NCBI GenBank assembly: GCA_012517855.1
Contig: JAAYUD010000114.1
Span: 13,217 to 77,216, forward strand
Length of the DNA: 64,000 nucleotides
Reading direction: 5' to 3'
Source: Bacteroidales bacterium
GTDB taxonomy: Bacteria > Bacteroidota > Bacteroidia > Bacteroidales > Bacteroidaceae
Every line of letters begins with the position of its first letter. The stretch's first letter is position 1. This document shows positions 27,797 through 37,545 of the stretch, in pieces. The notes beneath the pieces were generated by a model. It was not told the origin of the DNA. It did no database searches and was given only the letters and a program-made list of their open reading frames with translations. Made by a program: the position numbers and the translations under genes.

Positions 27797-28741
27797 TCAA
27801 AAGATAGATCGGGCAACGGCACGAACACTGTTTGCTGCTCCCAAAGCATAGAAATGCAAACCTGGCACACCAAATTTGATCAACTCTTTGCATTGATTAA
27901 TACACCATTCAGTTCCAACGATTTCTACCTCTTCATCTGTTTTACATTTCATTATCTCACGGGCAAATGCCTCTGGCAAATCAACTTTAAAAGTACGAGG
28001 TATCACAGTGAGTTGAGACAATTTCCGCATCGGCTTCAACCCGGGAATAATCGGGATATCAATCCCCATTTTCCGAACTTTATCTACAAACTCAAAATAC
28101 TTATTATTATCATAAAATAGTTGAGTTACTGCATATTGAGCACCGAGTTCAACTTTCTTTTTAAGCCAATATATATCTTCATCAATATTAGGAGCCTCTT
28201 CATGCTTCTCCGGATAACAGGCAACACCATAAGCAAAAGGGGTCTCCTTCATTTCCATATTCGAGCCATCCACAAAAACTCCGTCGTTAAAGTCATTAAT
28301 CTGTTTTTCTAAATCGGTAGCATGAATATAACCACCCACTGTAGGTACTCCACTTTTATCTTTATCGCCTCGCAACAACAATAAGTTAGTAATGCCGAGA
28401 AACTGCAAATCAATGAGTACATACTCAGTTTCTTCGGGTGTGAAGCCATTGCAGAGTATATGGGGAACGACAGAGATACCATACTTATTTTGAATCGCTG
28501 CGGCTACTGCTACTGTTCCAGGACGGCGGCGTAACGTTTTGCGTTCGAAAGTGCCGTTTCCCATCTCTTTAAAAATATATTCACTGTGGTGAGTAGTTAT
28601 ATTAATATATTTAGGGTCGAACTCCCGCAACAAATCAATACTCTTGTAGAGCGAATCAATACCTTTCCCCTTTGGAGGAGGAAGCAATTCGAACGAGAAT
28701 ACCGGACCGTTACTATTCTTTATTGAATCAATTACTCTCAT
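27797..28741 (-). CDS. metF: Methylenetetrahydrofolate reductase
   Basis: MetF-type TIM barrel (FSFELLPPPKG, ITTHHSE). Start moved to MRVIDSIKN (28741). Confidence 0.9.
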   Translation of the reverse strand: MRVIDSIKNSNGPVFSFELLPPPKGKGIDSLYKSIDLLREFDPKYINITTHHSEYIFKEMGNGTFERKTLRRRPGTVAVAAAIQNKYGISVVPHILCNGFTPEETEYVLIDLQFLGITNLLLLRGDKDKSGVPTVGGYIHATDLEKQINDFNDGVFVDGSNMEMKETPFAYGVACYPEKHEEAPNIDEDIYWLKKKVELGAQYAVTQLFYDNNKYFEFVDKVRKMGIDIPIIPGLKPMRKLSQLTVIPRTFKVDLPEAFAREIMKCKTDEEVEIVGTEWCINQCKELIKFGVPGLHFYALGAANSVRAVARSIF

Positions 28742-29048
28742 AATGCTGCAAAAATACAAAAAACGCGCTTGACAGAGAAACATTTATTCATTTTTTGAAT
28801 AGCTCTACACACAATATTTCAAGTTTGTAAGCACAATAGAACCACAACAGATCAAAGAAATGATGTAATATTTAGGAAAACTTCAAAATGGTCACCTGTT
28901 TTCACTGACAGGAACAAATATCGTTATCATACTAAAATCGAAACGACTTGAGAAAACGGAACATCTATTGAGCAACAAAAGCATCTCCTATATTCTTAAT
29001 AATTATTAAAAAGACATTCATTTAATACAACATATAACAGAAGTAGTT

Positions 29049-29056
29049 TATATTTG
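29049..29056 (+). promoter_or_regulatory. Candidate -7 promoter box of the ABC/GntR operon
   Basis: TATATTTG matches TAnnTTTG, 40 nt upstream of ATG 29097. Confidence 0.45.
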
Positions 29057-29058
29057 CA

Positions 29059-29080
29059 GTGTACTATTATACTAATACAC
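29059..29080 (+). promoter_or_regulatory. Candidate GntR (YtrA-type) operator
   Basis: 22-bp imperfect dyad GTGTACTATTATACTAATACAC (9 of 11 positions symmetric) with GT..AC half-sites, immediately downstream of the -7 box. Confidence 0.35.
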
Positions 29081-29096
29081 ATAAATACTATAATAT

Positions 29097-29987
29097 ATGA
29101 TTGAAGTAAAGAACGTTAAGTTTAACTACGGTCGAAAGAAAAAGCCTATTCTCGACAATTTTTCCATGAAATTAGAGCAAGGCAATATCTACGGACTGTT
29201 AGGAAAAAATGGAGCAGGTAAATCCACACTTTTATACCTCATGACAGGACTTCTTACTCCCAAGAGTGGATATGTTGAATATCTCGGCGCCGATGTTCGC
29301 CGTAGACTTCCGGTAACGCAACGTGAAATTTTCCTGGTTCCGGAAGAGTTCGAGCTACCAAAGGTCTCGCTTATCAGTTTCATTGAGTTGAATAGCGTAT
29401 TTTATCCACACTTCAGCAAAGAGGATATGGTAACCTATCTACACTTCTTTGACATGGACATTGATTTGAACCTTGGCGAACTATCAATGGGCCAGAAGAA
29501 GAAGGTTTTCATGAGCTTTGCATTGGCAACACACACTTCTCTTTTACTAATGGACGAACCCACCAACGGTTTAGATATTCCCGGGAAAAGCCAATTCCGC
29601 AAATTTATTACTGCCGGAATGGACGACAAACACACCATCCTCATATCTACCCATCAAGTGAGAGATGTAGATAAAGTACTCGATCATGTCATCATCATGG
29701 AGAACAGTGAGATCTTATTAAACGAATCGGTAAACAAAATAACCGATAGAATCATTTTTACAGAAAGCAATGAAAAGGATCTTCCCGAAGATACCATTTA
29801 TTCCACTTCCTCACTAAAAGGAAACTACGTAGTATCACCAAATACATATCACGAAGAAACCGATTTAAATTTGGAAATGCTTTTCAACGCCACACTGGCT
29901 CATCCGGATAAAATTAAATTATGCTTTGCAAACCAACAAGAGACAACTTCTAAAACAGAAAGGAGAAACGACAATGACGACAAATAA
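29097..29987 (+). CDS. ABC transporter ATP-binding protein
   Basis: Walker A GKNGAGKST, signature LSMGQKKK, Walker B LLMDEPTNGLD. Confidence 0.9.
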   Translation: MIEVKNVKFNYGRKKKPILDNFSMKLEQGNIYGLLGKNGAGKSTLLYLMTGLLTPKSGYVEYLGADVRRRLPVTQREIFLVPEEFELPKVSLISFIELNSVFYPHFSKEDMVTYLHFFDMDIDLNLGELSMGQKKKVFMSFALATHTSLLLMDEPTNGLDIPGKSQFRKFITAGMDDKHTILISTHQVRDVDKVLDHVIIMENSEILLNESVNKITDRIIFTESNEKDLPEDTIYSTSSLKGNYVVSPNTYHEETDLNLEMLFNATLAHPDKIKLCFANQQETTSKTERRNDNDDK

Positions 29988-30774
29988 TTTCTTTTCCTTT
30001 TCAAGATTCTCGCAGATAAGCTGTAAACTAATCATAGAAAATAAAAAAGCAACCGTCATGCGGGCCATTGTCATGTTTGCTTCAATATTCACTATTTTGT
30101 GCTGGATAAGTTACGTCAATTATTCCAATGCAATTGATAGAGGAGGCTTTACACACATCGTAGATATTTGTGGAGAATACAATCTAAATGCTTTTATCAT
30201 ACTAATATTTGCTTTTGGTATATACTCTGCATCACTAATGATGGAAGATTTAAAAACTAAAGTCGGAAAGATAAGTGTTCTGACAACGCCAGTAACTCCA
30301 TTTGAAAATTGGTTTGCACGCTGGATTATCCATGTTATTATATTTATCGCAGTTTATATCATTTCTTTCTTTGTAGCAGACCTAATAAGAGTTTGGATTT
30401 TTAAAATCGCGTATGCAGGTAGTGGACTGACAATATCCACACTAAGTTTGGATTATATCATACAACAAATAAATCTTATTACCGACGGACATCCCTCTTT
30501 TATAATCCTGGCGTATCTTACAGCTCAATCATTCTACGTACTAGGTGGTAGTTTCTTTCCACGCCATTCTCTTTTGAGAACAACGATTGTTGGTTTCTTC
30601 GGTCTTCTCATTTTCTTTTTCGGCGATTATATTTTTTCCCAAGAATTCATTAATGGAACAGAGATCAATTTAGGTGAAACAATAACAAGGGGCATCATGC
30701 TCGTTTTAATAGTATTCAATTGGACCACATCTTACTTCAGATTCAAAGAGATGGAAGTTATTGACCGTCTATAA
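29974..30774 (+). CDS. Multi-pass membrane protein, probable permease partner of the ABC ATPase
   Basis: About 6 hydrophobic segments. Start taken at MTTNNFF (29974), overlapping the ATPase stop. Confidence 0.5.
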   Translation: MTTNNFFSFSRFSQISCKLIIENKKATVMRAIVMFASIFTILCWISYVNYSNAIDRGGFTHIVDICGEYNLNAFIILIFAFGIYSASLMMEDLKTKVGKISVLTTPVTPFENWFARWIIHVIIFIAVYIISFFVADLIRVWIFKIAYAGSGLTISTLSLDYIIQQINLITDGHPSFIILAYLTAQSFYVLGGSFFPRHSLLRTTIVGFFGLLIFFFGDYIFSQEFINGTEINLGETITRGIMLVLIVFNWTTSYFRFKEMEVIDRL

Positions 30775-30790
30775 TAAAGGAGATGAAAAT

Positions 30791-31180
30791 ATGAACTTTA
30801 AAGAAACTCGTCCCATTTATCTGCAAATAGCAGAAAGAATATGCGATGAAATATTGTCGGGGGAGTTCAAAGAAGAAGAACGAGTAACTTCCATCCGAGA
30901 CTATTCCGCACTGGTCGAAGTGAACCCGAACACCGTAATGAGAACTTACGACTACTTGCAGCAACAAGAAATAATCTTTAATAAAAGAGGCATCGGCTAT
31001 TTCGTATCACAAGGAGCTGTTAAAATGATCAAGAGAATGAGAAAAGAAACATTTCTCAACGAAGATATAAACAATTTCTTCCAACAAATATACTCTCTGG
31101 ATATTCCGATGGAAAAGATTGTTGATCTGTATGATAAGTTTATTGATAAACAGAACAAAATAAAAGAAAAACAACAATGA
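30791..31180 (+). CDS. GntR family transcriptional regulator (short YtrA-like subfamily)
   Basis: Winged-HTH RPIYLQIAERICDEIL...SIRDYSALVEVNPNTVMRTYDYL, about 129 aa. Start at MNFKETRP (30791). Confidence 0.85.
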   Translation: MNFKETRPIYLQIAERICDEILSGEFKEEERVTSIRDYSALVEVNPNTVMRTYDYLQQQEIIFNKRGIGYFVSQGAVKMIKRMRKETFLNEDINNFFQQIYSLDIPMEKIVDLYDKFIDKQNKIKEKQQ

Positions 31181-31941
31181 AAAAAACCACATATTGGGTA
31201 ATAGGAATGTTTATCACCGCCTTTCTATTCAGCATTGCCGTCATGGTATACTTCAAATATTTCGACAATAGCATCAAACCCATCTATGATAAATTCACAA
31301 CAATGAATGTAAACAATGCCAAAGTACTTAAAATAGACGACGGCAACACCAACAATCATCGAAGTTACTACAATCTGAAAATAGTATCCGACAACAATGA
31401 CAATACAAATAAAATAGCATACCCAAAGAGTTGGATAAAAGCAGTTCAAAAGGGAGATACTTTAATTTTATCACTTCCAAAAGACGAAAAAGATTTAGAG
31501 AAGCTGCACAACAATCCCCCTACATTGGTATTCTCCATTGCTCAATCAACCAAAACTCTGAATTTAATATTAGGCAAATGCATCAGCGATACTAAATTCA
31601 TGGGCTTAAAACTAAGTCAATGCTCCATAAGAGGGAGTTCGTATTCAGACATCACAATCCAAGCATGCACAATCGACAAATTCGACATTGCAGCAGGAGG
31701 AACTGTACAAGTTCCCGATTCTAAAATAAAGTCTCTACAATTACTTGTAGACAACAGCAAATTAATCAATGCTCCAAAATACAATATTGAAAATCTGTAT
31801 TTAATAGGAAGCAACAATAACGACGATGCATCGGAGATAGATTTAACAAAAATCAAACATGTCTATTTAAAACCTTCCAAAGGCAAATCCATTACGACAT
31901 GTACCAGTTCAAATTCCGAAATCTATTCAGGAAAAGATTAG
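31177..31941 (+). CDS. Hypothetical N-terminally anchored protein
   Basis: Single N-terminal TM helix then a beta-rich region; ATGA overlap with the GntR stop. Confidence 0.6.
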   Translation: MKKTTYWVIGMFITAFLFSIAVMVYFKYFDNSIKPIYDKFTTMNVNNAKVLKIDDGNTNNHRSYYNLKIVSDNNDNTNKIAYPKSWIKAVQKGDTLILSLPKDEKDLEKLHNNPPTLVFSIAQSTKTLNLILGKCISDTKFMGLKLSQCSIRGSSYSDITIQACTIDKFDIAAGGTVQVPDSKIKSLQLLVDNSKLINAPKYNIENLYLIGSNNNDDASEIDLTKIKHVYLKPSKGKSITTCTSSNSEIYSGKD

Positions 31942-31957
31942 TATCAGGATACTACAA

Positions 31958-32001
31958 AAGAAAGAGCGTAAAAACTAAATAAGTTATTCACGCTCTTTCT
32001 T
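31958..32001 (+). terminator. Terminator of the ABC/GntR operon
   Basis: 12-bp stem AAGAAAGAGCGT / ACGCTCTTTCTT. Confidence 0.65.
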
Positions 32002-32119
32002 CTTATCTTAAATCTGGTAAGGAAGTCGCATGACATATAAAAACCAAAATTGTAATTTGCTTAAAACATTTATTGTACAATTGTTTCGGTAATTTATATC
32101 ATTATATACTTATATTTAT

Positions 32120-32127
32120 TACCTTTG
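32120..32127 (+). promoter_or_regulatory. Candidate -7 promoter box
   Basis: TACCTTTG matches TAnnTTTG, 25 nt upstream of ATG 32153. Confidence 0.45.
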
Positions 32128-32152
32128 GGGCACTAAACAATAAATTTACATT

Positions 32153-32551
32153 ATGAAAAAAGTTTTATTTGTGATGATGCTCTGCATCATGTGTTCAATC
32201 AACTCTTTTGCTCAACAACCTGAACAAAAAAATGGTACTTATCGAGTTTATTGTGAATTAGTAGGTACAGGTAAGTTATTCAGCAGCAAAGTAATAGTAA
32301 GCCTTGATTTTGGTCAAAAATCTTCATTTTGGACAGGCAATAAAGGAACCTTAGTCGATGACAATGGAAAACCATTAGATTTCAATTCGATGGTTGATGC
32401 AATGAATTTCATGGGAAGACTAGATTGGAAATTTGTACAAGCTTATGTTGTTACCACAAGTAATCAAAATGTATATCGTTGGTTACTTTACAAAGACGTG
32501 AAGAATGATGAAGATATTCATCAGGGATTCAAAGTTAATGGAGACAAATAA
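32153..32551 (+). CDS. Hypothetical small secreted protein
   Basis: 132 aa, signal peptide ending SFAQQ; no family recognised. Confidence 0.6.
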   Translation: MKKVLFVMMLCIMCSINSFAQQPEQKNGTYRVYCELVGTGKLFSSKVIVSLDFGQKSSFWTGNKGTLVDDNGKPLDFNSMVDAMNFMGRLDWKFVQAYVVTTSNQNVYRWLLYKDVKNDEDIHQGFKVNGDK

Positions 32552-32977
32552 GATCCTCTAATCCCCCTTTTCTCTTTGTTGTTTGAAATATTCTTTCGAT
32601 ATCTGTTTCAGCTAAATAAACAGTGGATATCCTAGAGTAAAGTAACTGTTCAAAACATCGTTTAGGGCTATTTTATGCCCCAGTTTAAGATATGGCGACT
32701 GCCTTTCCTTTCATTTTTTGCGCTTTGGATAAATCTATGAGCGTTTAACAACAGGGAATGGCAGTCATTTTTGTTTCTAAAAGTTCTAAACGCATCAGTT
32801 ATAAAAACGAACAATTCCATTACTATTATACAAGGGGAATACATAGAATAATTGCAGAAATGAAGAAATTCACCGGAATTCAATCAGAAAAATAAAAAAA
32901 ATGTCCGAAATTCGTCCGACTTGCTTTAGACGAAGAAGCGTAAACAACTACATTCTAGTTATTTACGCCCTATTTTG

Positions 32978-33050
<73 letters not shown>

Positions 33051-33064
33051 ATGTTTTACGGCTG

Positions 33065-33072
33065 CAAAGGTA
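33065..33072 (-). promoter_or_regulatory. Candidate -7 promoter box for the tRNA
   Basis: Minus strand reads TACCTTTG, 14 nt upstream of the tRNA 5-prime end. Confidence 0.5.
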
Positions 33073-33239
33073 CGGCTTTATTTTTATAAAACAAATTATT
33101 CTCTATTTTTTTTCGGAAAAGATATAAATTATGTAAATACGTAGAAAAATACAGGCCTACAACAAAGAAATAAAACCAAGGACAAAAACCAATCAAGACA
33201 AATATTCGGCTTTTTCTTGCCTCGTAAACAGAAAAGCAG

Positions 33240-33247
33240 TATTTTTG
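33240..33247 (+). promoter_or_regulatory. Candidate -7 promoter box
   Basis: TATTTTTG matches TAnnTTTG, 23 nt upstream of ATG 33271. Confidence 0.45.
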
Positions 33248-33270
33248 CACAACTTACAAGATAATGAGCA

Positions 33271-33867
33271 ATGGAAATATCAAAAACCAGAAATAAGATA
33301 ATAGATGCAGCCCGACAAGTCTTCGCCAAGAAGGGAGTAGAGAATGCAACTATGAATGATATTGCCGTTGCTGCTCGAAAGGGAAGACGCACACTATATA
33401 CCTATTTCAACAACAAAGAGGAATTGTATTGGGCTGTTGCCGAAACGGAACTCGATCTCCTCTCAGATATGATGGAGCAAGCGGCTAGCAAAGATATATC
33501 GCCCGACAAAAAGATTATCGCAGTAATCTATGCCAGACTCGAAACAGTCAAAGTCGAAGTTTATAGGAACGGTACTCTTAAAGCGGATTTCTTCCGAGAT
33601 ATTTGGAAAGTAGAGACAGTGCGCAAAAGATTTGATATTCGCCAAATATTACTCTTCAAACAAATATTACGCGAAGGGGTAGAGAAAGGCGTTTTTGAGA
33701 TAGATGATGTAGACTTTACAGCATTATTGATTCATTATTGCGTAAAAGGTATCGAAGTGCCTTACATAAGGGGACAAATAGGCAACAAACTGGAAAAGGA
33801 AAAAAGAAAAGAATATGTATCGAACATTGTTTTCGGTGCATTACATAAAAAGAGTTTCATTAAATAA
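33271..33867 (+). CDS. TetR/AcrR family transcriptional regulator
   Basis: N-terminal HTH IIDAARQVFAKKGVENATMNDIAVAARKGRRTLYTYF. Confidence 0.85.
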   Translation: MEISKTRNKIIDAARQVFAKKGVENATMNDIAVAARKGRRTLYTYFNNKEELYWAVAETELDLLSDMMEQAASKDISPDKKIIAVIYARLETVKVEVYRNGTLKADFFRDIWKVETVRKRFDIRQILLFKQILREGVEKGVFEIDDVDFTALLIHYCVKGIEVPYIRGQIGNKLEKEKRKEYVSNIVFGALHKKSFIK

Positions 33868-33874
33868 ATTAATT

Positions 33875-34621
33875 ATGGGATTATTAGATGGAAAGACTGC
33901 CTTAATTACGGGTGCTGCCCGTGGCATCGGAAAAGCAATCGCTTTGAAATTTGCATCCGAAGGCGCCAATATCGCTTTTACCGATTTGGTAATCGATGAA
34001 AAAGGGAAAGAAACAGAAAACGAAATTATAGCCAAAGGTGTTAAAGCTAAAGGTTATGCTTCAAATGCTGCCAATTTCGAAGAGACCGCAAAAATAGTTG
34101 CCGAAGTAGCCAAAGATTTCGGATCAATAGATATTCTTGTCAACAATGCCGGCATCACAAAAGACGGTTTAATGATGCGTATGTCAGAGCAACAATGGGA
34201 TGCAGTTATAGCTGTCAATTTGAAATCAGCCTTCAATTTTATTCATGCCTGCACGCCAATTATGCTTCGTCAAAAGAGAGGTAGTATCATCAACATGGCT
34301 TCTGTCGTAGGTGTCCACGGCAATGCAGGACAAAGCAACTATGCTGCTTCAAAAGCCGGTTTGATTGCTTTAGCCAAAAGTATTGCTCAAGAGATAGGAT
34401 CACGTGGCATCCGTGCCAACGCCATAGCTCCGGGCTTCATCGAAACCGCAATGACAGCCGCCCTACCCGACGATATCCGCAAAGATTGGATTCAAAAGAT
34501 ACCTTTACGCCGCGGAGGTACGGTAGACGATATTGCCAACGTTGCAACTTTCTTGGCTTCCGACCTATCTTCTTATGTATCGGGACAAGTCATCCAAGTG
34601 GACGGCGGAATGAATATGTAG
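33875..34621 (+). CDS. fabG: 3-oxoacyl-ACP reductase
   Basis: SDR motifs TGAARGIGKAIA, NNAG, YAASKAG. Start moved to MGLLDGK (33875). Confidence 0.9.
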   Translation: MGLLDGKTALITGAARGIGKAIALKFASEGANIAFTDLVIDEKGKETENEIIAKGVKAKGYASNAANFEETAKIVAEVAKDFGSIDILVNNAGITKDGLMMRMSEQQWDAVIAVNLKSAFNFIHACTPIMLRQKRGSIINMASVVGVHGNAGQSNYAASKAGLIALAKSIAQEIGSRGIRANAIAPGFIETAMTAALPDDIRKDWIQKIPLRRGGTVDDIANVATFLASDLSSYVSGQVIQVDGGMNM

Positions 34622-34629
34622 CATAAGTA

Positions 34630-35307
34630 ATGACTGTCGTATACGAAGACAATCATATTATAATTGTCAACAAGGCCTCTTCCGAGATAGTACAAGGTGA
34701 TAAAACGGGTGATATTCCTCTTTGCGACAAGCTAAAGGAGTATCTGAAAGAAAAATATCAAAAGCCCGGCAATGTTTTTATCGGCACTGTTCATCGGCTG
34801 GACCGTCCCGTAAGTGGTCTTGTTGTATTTGCAAAAACCAGTAAAGCACTTGCCCGCATGAATGAAATGTTTCAGAAAGGCGAAGTGCATAAAACTTATT
34901 GGGCAATTGTTCAACACTGTCCCGACCAGCCCGAAGCGACACTGACCCATTGGTTGGTACGCAACGAAAAGCAAAACAAAAGTTACGCTTACGACAAAGA
35001 GGTTCCCCGAAGCAAAAAAGCCATACTCGATTACTGCCTCATCGGACAATCTGAACGTTATTTTTTATTGTCGGTCAATCTGCATACCGGTCGCCATCAC
35101 CAGATCCGTTGCCAACTGGCTAAAATAGGTTCCCCTATCAAAGGAGATCTAAAATATGGAGCCAAACGTTCTAACCCAGACGGCAGCATCTCTTTGCATG
35201 CTCACCGTATTCAATTTATCCACCCCATATCTAAAAAAGAGATAGACATTACTGCTTCAGTACCCAATGAAAAATTGTGGCAAGAATTGGAATTATCTCT
35301 TAAATGA
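34630..35307 (+). CDS. RluA family pseudouridine synthase (no S4 domain)
   Basis: Catalytic motif HRLDRPVSG and C-terminal GRHHQIR. Confidence 0.85.
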   Translation: MTVVYEDNHIIIVNKASSEIVQGDKTGDIPLCDKLKEYLKEKYQKPGNVFIGTVHRLDRPVSGLVVFAKTSKALARMNEMFQKGEVHKTYWAIVQHCPDQPEATLTHWLVRNEKQNKSYAYDKEVPRSKKAILDYCLIGQSERYFLLSVNLHTGRHHQIRCQLAKIGSPIKGDLKYGAKRSNPDGSISLHAHRIQFIHPISKKEIDITASVPNEKLWQELELSLK

Positions 35308-35324
35308 CTATTAACTTCAAAGTC

Positions 35325-36167
35325 ATGAAAAAATATTCGACTTTATTATTAAGTGTTGTTATTATATGTGCAATGGCGGCTTGTCACATGCACACTAAGA
35401 TAGATCCCAATAAAGACACACTCATCCGCATGCAAACCACAGCTGGCGAGATCGTTATCAAGCTCTATAAAGACACGCCCAAACACCGTGATAATTTCAT
35501 CAAACTCATTGACAACGGAATGATCAAAGGCACCCTATTTCATCGTGTCGTCAAAGATTTCATGATTCAAGGAGGAGATCCCGAATCGAAAGATGCCCCT
35601 CGAGGAAAAGAGTTAGGCTCAGGCGGGCCACATTACAGAATTCCAGCAGAAATACGATTTCCAGAATATTTCCATAAAAGAGGGGCATTGGCTGCTGCCC
35701 GCGAAAGTGATGATGTCAATCCACTCAAGGAATCATCTTCTTGTCAGTTTTTCATTGTTACCGGCAAAGTATACTCCCTCGATTCGCTCATGATATATCA
35801 GGATATGCGTAATAAATATATTGAGAATATGGCTTTTGAAGGGCTAGCCCAGAAACACCTAAAAAAAATCATGCTAATGAAAAAAGAAGGCGACCGTCAG
35901 GGGCTTTTCAAATTGCAACAGCAGATTTCGACCCAAGCCGAACTAATGGCAAGCAAAAAGGGAGCTTTCCAATTTACCCCCCAACAAATCAAGACTTATA
36001 CCACTATTGGTGGAGCGCCTTATTTAGACGGAAACTACACCGTATTCGGAGAAGTTGTATCGGGTATAGATGTTCTCGACAAGATACAAAACATACCAAC
36101 CGACCGAAACGACCGCCCGCTTAAAGACATCAAAATAATAAAAATAGAAGTGCTCAATGAAAATTAA
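35325..36167 (+). CDS. Cyclophilin-type peptidylprolyl isomerase, lipoprotein/secreted
   Basis: FHRVVKDFMIQGGDP and YTVFGEVVSG motifs. Start taken at MKKYSTLL (35325). Confidence 0.85.
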   Translation: MKKYSTLLLSVVIICAMAACHMHTKIDPNKDTLIRMQTTAGEIVIKLYKDTPKHRDNFIKLIDNGMIKGTLFHRVVKDFMIQGGDPESKDAPRGKELGSGGPHYRIPAEIRFPEYFHKRGALAAARESDDVNPLKESSSCQFFIVTGKVYSLDSLMIYQDMRNKYIENMAFEGLAQKHLKKIMLMKKEGDRQGLFKLQQQISTQAELMASKKGAFQFTPQQIKTYTTIGGAPYLDGNYTVFGEVVSGIDVLDKIQNIPTDRNDRPLKDIKIIKIEVLNEN

Positions 36168-37389
36168 CCGCCACAAATTGGGCAACGGATTACGTATTGT
36201 CCACACCGAAGTAAAAAGCACCCAAATGGTTGCTATTAACTTAGTATATAATGTAGGGGCTCGAGATGAAAATCCCAACCATACCGGATTTGCCCATCTA
36301 TTTGAGCACTTGATGTTCGGTGGATCGACACATATTCCTGACTTTGATACTCCCCTACAACGAGCCGGTGGAGAGAATAATGCATGGACAAACAATGACA
36401 TTACAAACTATTATCTTACCGTTCCTGCCCAAAATGTAGAAACAGGCTTTTGGCTCGAGTCCGATCGCATGTTGGGACTACACTTCAGCCAAAAAAGTTT
36501 GAATGTGCAGCGTGATGTAGTAATGGAAGAATTCAAACAGCGATGTCTGAATCAACCTTATGGTGATGTAAGCCACCTCATGCGTCCATTGGCTTACAAA
36601 GTTCACCCTTATCAGTGGCCAACCATAGGCAAAGACCTCTCCCATATTGCCAATGCTACACTCCCCGAAGTCCGTTCGTTCTTCTATCAATATTACGCAC
36701 CAAACAATGCTATTATAGCTGTTACGGGAAACATCTCTTTTGAGAAAACCGTCGAACTTGCCGAAAAATGGTTCGGTCCCATTCCACGTAGAAGAGTCCC
36801 CCGCCGGAACCTCATACATGAACCAGAACAACAAGAAGAAAGAAGAATGAGCGTAGAACGTAACGTACCGGTGGATGCACTCTATATGGCATATCACATG
36901 TGCAATCGACTACATCCCGACTATTATGCTTTCGATATTCTATCAGATATATTAAGCAACGGAAGCTCTTCCAGATTGGTACAACATTTGGTAAAAGAGA
37001 AACAATTATTTACATCTATAGACTGCTATATATCCGGTAGCATGGATGCGGGACTTTTCCAAATAGCAGGCAAAATGGCACCAGGCATCAGTCTCGAACA
37101 GGGCGAAGCTGCCGTCCGCGAAGAGTTGAATACTCTTTGCAACAGTATCGTAAATCCTCACGAATTGGAAAAAGTCAAAAACAAATTTGAGTCTGAACAT
37201 ATATTTGGACTCATTAGCTATTTGAACGTAGCCACTAACCTGGCCTACTTCGAGCTATGCGGTAAAGCAGAAGACCTACTCGACGAAGTAGCGCGATACA
37301 GATCTGTAACACCCGATCAATTAAAATACGTTTCTGTGGCAGCATTCAAGAATCCATGTGTCTTATACTATAAACATCAACAGCCCTAA
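36157..37389 (+). CDS. M16 family (pitrilysin/insulinase-like) peptidase
   Basis: Inverted zinc motif HLFEHLMF (HxxEH) near the N-terminus. Confidence 0.85.
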   Translation: MKINRHKLGNGLRIVHTEVKSTQMVAINLVYNVGARDENPNHTGFAHLFEHLMFGGSTHIPDFDTPLQRAGGENNAWTNNDITNYYLTVPAQNVETGFWLESDRMLGLHFSQKSLNVQRDVVMEEFKQRCLNQPYGDVSHLMRPLAYKVHPYQWPTIGKDLSHIANATLPEVRSFFYQYYAPNNAIIAVTGNISFEKTVELAEKWFGPIPRRRVPRRNLIHEPEQQEERRMSVERNVPVDALYMAYHMCNRLHPDYYAFDILSDILSNGSSSRLVQHLVKEKQLFTSIDCYISGSMDAGLFQIAGKMAPGISLEQGEAAVREELNTLCNSIVNPHELEKVKNKFESEHIFGLISYLNVATNLAYFELCGKAEDLLDEVARYRSVTPDQLKYVSVAAFKNPCVLYYKHQQP

Positions 37390-37462
37390 AAAGGGTTTCT
37401 CAGCTATGCCGAAGTTGATAAAGTTTTCGAGTCGTACATGAACAATATTATCAAAAAATGAT

Positions 37463-37470
37463 TACTTTTG
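37463..37470 (+). promoter_or_regulatory. Candidate -7 promoter box
   Basis: TACTTTTG matches TAnnTTTG, 75 nt upstream of ATG 37546. Confidence 0.4.
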
Positions 37471-37545
37471 CCCATTACAACACGAGAACAGCAAGTCTAA
37501 GAAAAGCAACAAGAAGCTAATCAATATTATATAATATAGTAAATT

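Noticed and set aside
33815-33874. Upstream extensions of fabG (33815), metF (28783), the GntR gene (30761), the membrane protein (29926) and the cyclophilin gene (35304).
   Set aside because: The extensions add residues outside the conserved family N-termini and overlap the preceding gene. Internal ATGs give canonical N-termini.
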